The notes below the pieces were generated by a model. It searched no databases. It saw only the letters and a program-made list of their open reading frames with translations, and was not told the origin of the DNA. The translations under genes and the position numbers were made by a program. This document shows, in pieces, positions 56,750 to 64,000 of a stretch of DNA of 64,000 nt (its first letter is position 1; every line of letters begins with the position of its first letter). This DNA comes from Candidatus Parcubacteria bacterium (GTDB lineage: Bacteria > Patescibacteriota > Minisyncoccia > Phycocordibacterales > JBAYGS01): positions 7,347 to 71,346 of the forward strand of contig JBDKKW010000002.1 in NCBI GenBank assembly GCA_039795895.1, given 5' to 3'.

Positions 56750-57784
56750 ATGAAAAAAGGAACTGAAAAAGCCCTGCCGGCCAAACATATTCCCTACTCA
56801 CAATTACTCCTCTGTCTTGCGGTTGGTTTTGGTGCACATTGGCTACTTGCACACTATTCAGAGACAACCACATCTTCAGATACCCACAGCTTTAACGAAG
56901 CCGATAGCACCCTGCGTCTGCGTGGAAAATATAACCTCATTAATCCTCTCCTGGTCTGTGGAAATACGGACAGCAAAGATTTTGATGAGTATAACGACTT
57001 GAAGCTTAAAATTCAAAAAGTGATCAACGCAAAGATTACCGACGGATCAGCAAAAACTGTCTCTGTTTATTTTCGATCAAATGGAAAATGGTTAGGTATC
57101 AACGAAAACGAAAAATATTCCCCCGCAAGTCTCAATAAAGTACCCATCATGATGGCATACTACAAAAAGGCTGAAGAAAATCCAGGTATTTTGTCTCAAG
57201 AATTAATTTATGACGGATCCTTTGACCAAAATAAACAAGAAACATTTAGATCTGAATACGATATTACACCTGGAGCATACACCATCGAAAATCTCATCAA
57301 GGCAATGATTGTTAATTCTGACAACAATGCACTCATACTCCTCTACAACAACATCGACCATAATTCCCTCAAAGAAGTGTACACCGATCTTGGCTTGTCT
57401 GTAACAAGCGACTCAGGCCTCATCGATAGTATTTCCGCCAAAGAATATTCATACTTTTTTAGACTCCTCTATAACGCCACCTACCTCAACGATACCTACT
57501 CAGAAAGAGCGATGGAATTGCTTGCATCCGCAAGTTTCCCTCAAGGAATTCGCTCCGGAATCCCCAAAAACACCACTATTGCACAAAAATTTGGTGAGCG
57601 AAGCACTCCCAATAAAAATGGTATAGATATCGAGCGTGAATTACACGACTGTGGGATTGTCTTCAACCAGACACACCCCTACAACATATGTATCATGACT
57701 CGAGGTACCAACTTTGAACAACTATCGAACACCATCAAAGCCGTCAGTACAGTGGTCTACCAAGAGATTGAGAATTTAAAATGA
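56750..57784 (+). CDS. Class A beta-lactamase-like serine hydrolase (secreted)
   Basis: SxxK (SLNKV), SDN (NSDNNA) and KxG-like (QKFGERS) motifs. Confidence 0.68.
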   Translation: MKKGTEKALPAKHIPYSQLLLCLAVGFGAHWLLAHYSETTTSSDTHSFNEADSTLRLRGKYNLINPLLVCGNTDSKDFDEYNDLKLKIQKVINAKITDGSAKTVSVYFRSNGKWLGINENEKYSPASLNKVPIMMAYYKKAEENPGILSQELIYDGSFDQNKQETFRSEYDITPGAYTIENLIKAMIVNSDNNALILLYNNIDHNSLKEVYTDLGLSVTSDSGLIDSISAKEYSYFFRLLYNATYLNDTYSERAMELLASASFPQGIRSGIPKNTTIAQKFGERSTPNKNGIDIERELHDCGIVFNQTHPYNICIMTRGTNFEQLSNTIKAVSTVVYQEIENLK

Positions 57785-57871
57785 GGCACATATCCTATTT
57801 ACAAAGATTAGCAGTAATACAACAAAAAAGCCGAGCTTCTGCTCGGCTTTTTTAACGAAATCTAGGTATAT

Positions 57872-58492
57872 CTATTTCTTTGGACACGCAGTTCGAGCAG
57901 ACTTTGCCTGATCAGCTGAAGCCTTGATTGAAGCCGTAAACGTATCACGAGCAGTCTTGACTGAAGCGGTATACGCATCACGAGTAGTCTTTACTGTTGA
58001 AGCAAACGTAGTAAGTGCACCACTTCGAGCACTTGCGTACGCAGCATTTGCTGATTTGACGGCAGTACTATAATCCGCCCACGCTGCCTTCACTGCAGAT
58101 GCACGAGCGGTTTTGTCGGTCAATGCTTTTGCTGTCGCTAATGCAGTATCTCGAGCTACCACCGCAGCTGCCTTGGCGGTACTCAATGTTGTCTTTGCGG
58201 TTGCAAGAGCAGTGTCTCGTGCAGTCTTGGCACTTGCCACAGCGGTATCTCGCGCGGTCATTGCTGATAACTTTGCGGTATCACGTGCGGTCACAGCGGA
58301 AGCGTCTGCTGTCTTTCGAGCTTGTACTACAGCATTCAAACAATCCGCTCGAGAAGCTACTACTGCCGGAGCCGTAGAAGCGGTCGATGTTGATACTGAA
58401 GTATTCTGTCCTGCTGTTTGCGCAAAGGTTAATACAGGCAAAAGACTTGCCACAACCAATGCACCCGATACTACTTTTTGAAATGACTTCAT
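57872..58492 (-). CDS. Secreted Ala-rich tandem-repeat protein
   Basis: Signal peptide, then about eight 11-aa repeats of the form TARDTA[LV]A[ST]AKT, with Cys residues near both ends. Confidence 0.6.
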   Translation of the reverse strand: MKSFQKVVSGALVVASLLPVLTFAQTAGQNTSVSTSTASTAPAVVASRADCLNAVVQARKTADASAVTARDTAKLSAMTARDTAVASAKTARDTALATAKTTLSTAKAAAVVARDTALATAKALTDKTARASAVKAAWADYSTAVKSANAAYASARSGALTTFASTVKTTRDAYTASVKTARDTFTASIKASADQAKSARTACPKK

Positions 58493-58617
58493 AGATGATT
58501 AAGAATTAGAAAATAAATAATAATTACTCACGAAGAATTAAAACCACAGAGAATAGATACCCTGTAGTGCACCTTCATAGGTAAGTACGTCTACACTTGC
58601 TATAATGTTTCAACTCT

Positions 58618-59175
58618 ATGGACATAGCACCCAACACCTCACCACAAGCAGTACTCAAGCGTCTTATCGCTGGGGATCCAAAAGCATTTGAGGAAATACT
58701 CACTCAGTATGAAAAACCCATATTCAACCACCTCTTAAGACTTACCCAAGACTACGACGATGCGTCAGAATTACTACAGACTACGTTTATAAAAGTTTAT
58801 ACCAAACGATCTCACATTGATCCTGCGGGATCATTTAAAAATTGGCTCTACAAAATCGCCACCAATGTTGCCTATGATTTTTTTCGTAAAAAGAAACGAG
58901 AACAGCTGGTCTTTCTCGATGACGAATCTGTGTTTGAAACAATTGAGGGTGATACAGCGTACTCTACTATAGACACTGAAATCGCAGTGCACGACCTCAA
59001 AGAAGCCTTGGTCAAAATACGCCCCCACCACCGCACCATACTACTTTTGTACTACAAAGAAGAACTATCGTACGCTGAAATTGCAGACATCCTAGGGCTT
59101 CCAATCAATACCGTCAAAACCCACTTAAGACGCGCAAAAATCGAACTCGAAACTTTTCTAAAAAACAATGACTAA
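58618..59175 (+). CDS. ECF-type RNA polymerase sigma-70 factor
   Basis: Sigma region 2 (LLQTTFIKVYT ... FKNWLYKIATNVAYD) and region 4 helix-turn-helix (LSYAEIADILGLPINTVKTHLRRAK). Confidence 0.85.
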   Translation: MDIAPNTSPQAVLKRLIAGDPKAFEEILTQYEKPIFNHLLRLTQDYDDASELLQTTFIKVYTKRSHIDPAGSFKNWLYKIATNVAYDFFRKKKREQLVFLDDESVFETIEGDTAYSTIDTEIAVHDLKEALVKIRPHHRTILLLYYKEELSYAEIADILGLPINTVKTHLRRAKIELETFLKNND

Positions 59176-59563
59176 TTATCTACACAACGCATTCAAAAAA
59201 CTCCCCGATACTGCCGTACCGACAGCACTGCACAACGCAACATATCGCGCGGTTATGTTCTTGAAGTATCGACGGTACCTCAAGATCGCCATTGCACTTA
59301 CTGCAGTCACTTTTCTCTTTTCAATCTGGCACGTCTATACCAAACTGATCGAGACCGATGCACTCTCGGTGATACAGGCGATTGCAAACACAATCGATCT
59401 CACCTTTGATTCAATATACGACTCATTCTCGACCGCTTTTGAATTTCTACCGATACAAGCACTCATCCTCTCCACTCTAAACCTGCTCGCGCTCATCTGT
59501 GCCATCTTTTTTGCACAAACGTTTACCCGATTTCAACAGCAGTCTGAAATGAGATTAAAATAG
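59168..59563 (+). CDS. Putative anti-sigma factor (membrane protein)
   Basis: Overlaps the sigma gene by 8 nt and has two transmembrane helices. Confidence 0.45.
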   Translation: MTNYLHNAFKKLPDTAVPTALHNATYRAVMFLKYRRYLKIAIALTAVTFLFSIWHVYTKLIETDALSVIQAIANTIDLTFDSIYDSFSTAFEFLPIQALILSTLNLLALICAIFFAQTFTRFQQQSEMRLK

Positions 59564-59570
59564 GCGAAGA

Positions 59571-59614
59571 AAAAAGCCCGGCTTGGGATAGTAATCCCAA
59601 GCCGGGCTTTTTTG
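59571..59614 (+). terminator. Rho-independent terminator (family copy 1)
   Basis: aaaaaagcccggcttgggatagtaatcccaagccgggctttttt. Confidence 0.75.
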
Positions 59615-60304
59615 ACAATACAACATTCATTGTGCTATGGTTGTTTTAGAAAAAAGCTCCTTACACCTATGCATACCCCTGAATCACCCACCCAAGTACT
59701 TGTTGTTTTTTCTGATGACAATACTCACGAGCGTGTACGTGTAGCCTTGGAAAGGCACCAACGCACGAGAACCTACACATATCTTTTGATGCGTCATCTG
59801 GATGACGTACAAAAACACCTCGCCACGACACCTGCACGACAACTTTTTATCGCCGAGTGGTATCCCGGCTCGGACAGAGACGCAACAAGGATTTTAAAAG
59901 AATTGCGAAAGAAAAATTCACTCCTTGTCTGCGTCACAACCACCATCAAGGAGGGCGCTTCGCACACTAATATCCCCCAATTACTCCAAGCCATCGAGGA
60001 TTTCTTGGATCAGAAGCTTGATCGACAACCAGTGCTCACAAAAACACAGGTGATGTTTGGCGACGTGCTTCCCGGGGAAAAATTTGAATCTTGGAAAACC
60101 AAGCGGGGTTTTATCGGTCTCAAGATTCTCCCCACGACCATAGTGGTCCCTAAGCCCAATCGATGGGGTCCAACAACCGCCTCGAACCACAGTGTTAATG
60201 CGGTTATTCTTACGGATTTGAATGATGTTCCCGCATCAGACGCAGGTGCTCTTATACAATGCTCATTGACCGACATGGTCTTGGTATCCCGCCCTGCAAA
60301 ATAA
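59612..60304 (+). CDS. Hypothetical protein (possible receiver-like fold)
   Basis: Likely start MHTPESP at about 59669; VLVVFSDD at the N-terminus. Confidence 0.4.
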   Translation: MTIQHSLCYGCFRKKLLTPMHTPESPTQVLVVFSDDNTHERVRVALERHQRTRTYTYLLMRHLDDVQKHLATTPARQLFIAEWYPGSDRDATRILKELRKKNSLLVCVTTTIKEGASHTNIPQLLQAIEDFLDQKLDRQPVLTKTQVMFGDVLPGEKFESWKTKRGFIGLKILPTTIVVPKPNRWGPTTASNHSVNAVILTDLNDVPASDAGALIQCSLTDMVLVSRPAK

Positions 60305-60314
60305 ACACAACGAA

Positions 60315-60345
60315 CCCGCCGATATACTCGGCGGGTTTTCTTTTA
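60315..60345 (+). terminator. Rho-independent terminator
   Basis: cccgccgatatactcggcggg followed by ttttctttt. Confidence 0.7.
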
Positions 60346-60455
60346 CAGCAAACAATTATCAATTTATACCGCTTAATCAGCTTATTTGACACACCCACAG
60401 TCATCTGCTACCATCCCTTCCGGAACGAAAGAGGTTCTAAGACCTCTTTCGTTTT

Positions 60456-61322
60456 TTGTGTCTAATAGTTGGCATAAAAAACAGTACACCAAAAAACAAA
60501 ATGAAATCAGTGATCCGAACCCTCCTCGTCCTCATCGCCTACACCCTTTTTACTTTGAGTAAACAGGAGTGTTATGCTCAACCCGTGCCTCCCATCGACA
60601 GCTACTCTGGGGTTTCGTATCCCCTCAGTACCAGTGAATGGTTGTCCACGGACTTACCAGGTTCGTACTACCCGTGGACCACATCGGCTAATGGTCCCAT
60701 TAGTGGCAAAACCTACGCAACAAGTGGATACATACCGAACGCATATCAAAACGGACGTTCGCTTCTGAGGCTAATCCTACCAAATCCTTCACTCAGAGGA
60801 TATCCAGTTGGCTACGAACTTGATTTTTGGTATTGCATCGGTACTGTAAACCCGGGGAGTACATACACATTCAGCGTGAATGGACTCCAAAAGATGAGCT
60901 TTCCAACCACTGACGTCAATTGGCATCATACAAACATAGTTATGACACCCTTTTACGGTGGATCACCCACGATTGAGTTCCAGTGGTATGTTGGTCATGG
61001 GTCAGGTGTTTATTCGCCATCAATGTCCATCGATGCAGTTAAATTCTATTACTATTTGCCCGACCCGGGGGCGAACGACCTCAAAGTCGTGAGCACGAAT
61101 AGTAATCAAATCTTAATCAGTTGGCCGACGAATACGTATCCAACTTATATGTATGGTGGGTATTACGATCTATACTCGAATACCAACAACTTGGCGAAGA
61201 CTGGGTGGGTCAAGGTGACTAACAATATCACTCTTGGATCCAACGGTTTCGTGACCGCCACGATTACAAACTCTGGCTCGGCTCAGAGCGCACTGGTTTA
61301 TCGGCTTTCCACACAGCCATAG
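60456..61322 (+). CDS. Secreted hypothetical protein
   Basis: Signal peptide (MKSVIRTLLVLIAYTLF); the mature portion is rich in Tyr, Gly and Thr. Confidence 0.5.
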   Translation: MCLIVGIKNSTPKNKMKSVIRTLLVLIAYTLFTLSKQECYAQPVPPIDSYSGVSYPLSTSEWLSTDLPGSYYPWTTSANGPISGKTYATSGYIPNAYQNGRSLLRLILPNPSLRGYPVGYELDFWYCIGTVNPGSTYTFSVNGLQKMSFPTTDVNWHHTNIVMTPFYGGSPTIEFQWYVGHGSGVYSPSMSIDAVKFYYYLPDPGANDLKVVSTNSNQILISWPTNTYPTYMYGGYYDLYSNTNNLAKTGWVKVTNNITLGSNGFVTATITNSGSAQSALVYRLSTQP

Positions 61323-61388
61323 TAAATTTATGCAACCGTACAAACACTGTTTGTGCGGTTTTTATATACCTCATGCTAGAATTATATT

Positions 61389-61958
61389 ATGAAAGAAATT
61401 CTTGCTGTCGTTGCATCAATCATTGCCATTTTTGGAAACATTCCTTATTTGAAAGATGTTATTTCCAAAAGAGTACAGCCCCATCCGTACACATGGTTCG
61501 TCTGGACACTCGTCTCGGCCATCGCCTTTTTTGGTCAACTTGCAAAGGGGGCTGGTATCGGAGCACTCCCCACGGCGTCAGCCGAACTATTTACTGTCAT
61601 TATTTTTTTCTTTTCTCTTCGATATGGATTTAAACACATCAACAGAACAGATACATATTTTTTGATTATCGCACTACTCAGTCTCATCCCATGGATACTC
61701 ACCAAAGATCCCACTTTCTCGGTGGTAATTGTGGTCGGAATTGATCTTATTGCCTTTATCCCAACTCTTCGAAAGACTTGGCTAATTCCACATTCAGAGA
61801 CACCGACACTCTACCGTATGAATGTTCTGAGACACATCCTTACATTGTTTTCTTTGCAGGCATACAATATTGCCACCACCATACACTCAATCGCAATGAT
61901 CATCACCAACACTCTCATGACCAGCATCATTACTCTCAAAAAGCCAAAAAAGATTTAG
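61389..61958 (+). CDS. Hypothetical polytopic membrane protein
   Basis: 189 aa with 5-6 transmembrane helices. Confidence 0.5.
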   Translation: MKEILAVVASIIAIFGNIPYLKDVISKRVQPHPYTWFVWTLVSAIAFFGQLAKGAGIGALPTASAELFTVIIFFFSLRYGFKHINRTDTYFLIIALLSLIPWILTKDPTFSVVIVVGIDLIAFIPTLRKTWLIPHSETPTLYRMNVLRHILTLFSLQAYNIATTIHSIAMIITNTLMTSIITLKKPKKI

Positions 61959-61980
61959 CCGACTATAACGAACCAGAAGA

Positions 61981-62020
61981 AAAAGCCCGACTTGGGATTA
62001 CTATCCCAAGTCGGGCTTTT
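61981..62020. terminator. Bidirectional terminator (family copy 2, inverted relative to copy 1, with compensatory change)
   Basis: aaaagcccgacttgggattactatcccaagtcgggctttt. Confidence 0.7.
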
Positions 62021-62022
62021 GA

Positions 62023-62592
62023 CTACCCTACCACCCGTTTCAAAATCTCCTCTCTCCCCTCTTTGGTTTTTGCAGAACACACAATCATGTCGACTCCTTC
62101 GGGGACTTGTAGAGCAATGCGTTTGATTTGCTCGTGTCGCTCGCGCTGATTGAGTTTGTCTGATTTATTGAGGACTACCAGAGTATCGTTGTTACTCTCA
62201 GAAAGGATCCGGAGCATTTCAAGATCCATGTCGCTTGGACCGACTTTGATATCGAGCACCAGCACCACCGTCCGATCATACACTTCTTCAAGCAAAAACC
62301 ACTGGATCATTTTGGCGAGCTGTTCTCGACGATCGAGTGACATCTTGGCAAAACCGTAGCCAGGAAGATCGACAAAATAAAACGAGTTGTTTACCAAGAA
62401 GAAATTGATTTCTTGGGTCTTGCCCGGAGTTTTGCCTGAGCGTACCAAATCGGTGCGATTGAGTAAGCAATTCATCAAGCTGGACTTACCCGCATTTGAA
62501 CGGCCTACAAAAGCCACCTGACGCTTTCGCTCAGTAATGATCGGGTCCGTCCCGCGGATACTCTTGGTGAATTCAGCAGTCTTAATTTCCAT
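62023..62592 (-). CDS. engB: Ribosome biogenesis GTP-binding protein EngB/YsxC
   Basis: G1 motif GRSNAGKSS, G3 DLPGYG, G4 NKSDK. Start is MEIKTAEF at 62592. Confidence 0.85.
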   Translation of the reverse strand: MEIKTAEFTKSIRGTDPIITERKRQVAFVGRSNAGKSSLMNCLLNRTDLVRSGKTPGKTQEINFFLVNNSFYFVDLPGYGFAKMSLDRREQLAKMIQWFLLEEVYDRTVVLVLDIKVGPSDMDLEMLRILSESNNDTLVVLNKSDKLNQRERHEQIKRIALQVPEGVDMIVCSAKTKEGREEILKRVVG

Positions 62593-62741
62593 ATCAAACC
62601 ATCGTATAGGAAAGTGTGTCATTTGTCATTAGACAACACCAAGAAATCCTACCTAAACCCAAAACCAAAGTCTTGCTTTTTTATATAAAATCAGTAGATT
62701 GCATAGTGGAAACATGGTTCATTCTCAAATGCACAAGTCCT

Positions 62742-63041
62742 ATGGAAACTCATCCTCACTGCAAACCCGGTGAAATCTTCATTGGCTACCACAGCCATTC
62801 ACTCATGCGTGCAAGCGTCCTCCCAGGGATACGCCAACGCACGGAATCCGGCGAAAACGTCCCGATGTGTGGGGCATCCGACAGCAACTACTCACACAAA
62901 CTGGCAACCTTCGCACCGATCGGGATCGTCCGCGAACTCCAAGAGCGAGCTCTCGAAGCTGGCGGCTCCTTGTTTGATACTGATGCCATTACCGATCCGA
63001 GTACGATTGCAGCCAACAATCTACTGAAGAAACTGAAGTGA
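62742..63041 (+). CDS. Hypothetical small protein
   Basis: About 100 aa from METHPHC. A terminator follows at 63056-63097. Confidence 0.35.
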   Translation: METHPHCKPGEIFIGYHSHSLMRASVLPGIRQRTESGENVPMCGASDSNYSHKLATFAPIGIVRELQERALEAGGSLFDTDAITDPSTIAANNLLKKLK

Positions 63042-63055
63042 TCTGTCTTGGCTTT

Positions 63056-63097
63056 TGCCCCGCGCCTTTTCCGAAAGGCGCGGGGCTTCTTCTTTTC
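63056..63097 (+). terminator. Rho-independent terminator
   Basis: gccccgcgccttttccgaaaggcgcggggc followed by ttcttcttttcc. Confidence 0.7.
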
Positions 63098-63138
63098 CAT
63101 ACTTTATACTTCACACTTTTTCCTATATACTTTCCGCT

Positions 63139-63744
63139 ATGCCTCTCATCAACCCCGGCTTCGGTCAAAAAAGACAGTCGAGCGACAAATCTCGCATCCC
63201 TCCAGGCCAATACGAGACTCGCGACTTTCCCGTCCTCTCCCTCGGTCCCACTCCACATATCGCACTCGAACATTTTATGCTTCGTGTCACTGGTTTGGTA
63301 GAAAAACCTCAAAAATGGAATTGGAACGAGCTGGTGAAATTACCTCACGAAGATATTGTCAGAGACATCCACTGCGTCACCAAATGGAGCAAACTCGACT
63401 CACGCTGGAGTGGCGTATCACTCGACTATATTATGCAAGTAGCTGGCGTCTCTCCCGATGCTAATTTCCTGATTGCTCACAGCGATGACGGCTACACCAC
63501 AAACATCCCGCTCGACGATATTCGCGGTGGCAAGGCGTGGGTAGCCACCTCCTACGACGACAGCGCTATCCCCGACGAGCATGGCGGTCCGGTCCGTCTC
63601 ATCATTCCCCACCTCTACTTTTGGAAAAGTGCTAAGTGGCTTTCCAAGCTCGAATTCGTGGCCGATGATGCACCTGGATTCTGGGAAGTTCGTGGCTACC
63701 ACAATCACGGTGACCCTTGGAAAGAAGAGCGCTACTCTGAGTAA
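63139..63744 (+). CDS. Sulfite-oxidase-family molybdopterin oxidoreductase (MsrP/YedY-like catalytic subunit)
   Basis: HCVTKWS motif (compare MsrP HCVEGWS) and GGPVRLIIP. Start is MPLINPGF at 63139. The ORF-track extension to 63055 contains the terminator above. Confidence 0.72.
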   Translation: MPLINPGFGQKRQSSDKSRIPPGQYETRDFPVLSLGPTPHIALEHFMLRVTGLVEKPQKWNWNELVKLPHEDIVRDIHCVTKWSKLDSRWSGVSLDYIMQVAGVSPDANFLIAHSDDGYTTNIPLDDIRGGKAWVATSYDDSAIPDEHGGPVRLIIPHLYFWKSAKWLSKLEFVADDAPGFWEVRGYHNHGDPWKEERYSE

Positions 63745-63807
63745 TTTTGCATCCAAGAGTTTACTGTAGTAGACTGGGTGACAGAATCGCAACCCGCTCT
63801 TTATTAT

Positions 63808-64000
63808 GAATGAATCCCGATTTGAATGCCCAGATTGTGCAGTTCAATACGACGTCTTCGTACACCCCGCACTAGTCGGACAAAGTCCGGAAACCATAGC
63901 GTTTGACCGCGAAGTCGATGAAAAGCTCGCAGGTATGTTGCTCCAACATTACCTACACGAGAAAGCCCGAGCAAAACAGCAAGAGCCTTTTCGTGCAAAA
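63808..64000 (+). CDS. Partial ORF running off the window (Cys-containing N-terminus MNESRFECPDCAVQYD)
   Basis: Open frame from an ATG at 63808 to the window end. Confidence 0.3.

Noticed and set aside
1-64000. CRISPR array or cas genes
   Set aside because: No regularly spaced direct repeats of 25-40 bp and no Cas-like ORFs were seen anywhere in the window.

Overview
This window reads as a small, gene-dense Candidate Phyla Radiation (Patescibacteria)-like bacterial genome, roughly 40-45% GC, with many hypothetical proteins and a class I lysyl-tRNA synthetase. The conserved backbone runs in compact, mostly minus-strand operons. These are a partial rsmH with mraZ; proS-mreB-mreC-mreD-mrdA-greA followed by lysK; zwf-frr-rseP; ddl; uvrA and a short uvrC; a second mreB paralog; murA fused to an N-terminal XRE helix-turn-helix; priA with degenerate helicase motifs followed by def-fmt; ppiB, hpf and engB. 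Three accessory regions interrupt this backbone. The first (about 16.3-19.6 kb) holds a divergent pair of tRNA-Ala genes next to a retron-type reverse transcriptase that is translationally coupled to an upstream XRE helix-turn-helix gene, with a long imperfect hairpin further upstream that could be an msd-like non-coding RNA. The second (about 39.3-51.3 kb) is a mosaic island containing a tRNA-Asn whose 3' end is overlapped by a large serine recombinase gene. It also carries a 948-aa protein with a C-terminal SLOG/LOG-like nucleotide-binding domain lying tail-to-tail with a GC-rich gene resembling nucleoside 2-deoxyribosyltransferases. The rest of that island is a winged-helix regulator, a SHOCT protein behind a structured leader, a secreted HNH nuclease, a DUF4238 protein and a zinc-ribbon hypothetical. 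The third (about 55-61.5 kb) encodes secreted and membrane hypotheticals, a class A beta-lactamase-like hydrolase, an Ala-rich repeat protein and an ECF sigma/anti-sigma pair. The window also contains several short repeat families: a roughly 100-bp GC-rich repeat with three copies, TGTCT-rich tails next to terminators, two hairpin-in-hairpin inverted-repeat elements in the mraZ and lysK leaders, a duplicated 20-bp upstream motif, and a duplicated terminator hairpin. No rRNA genes or CRISPR arrays were seen. Every call rests on reading the six-frame ORF translations for motifs, with no database searches, so families are named from memory of their signature motifs.
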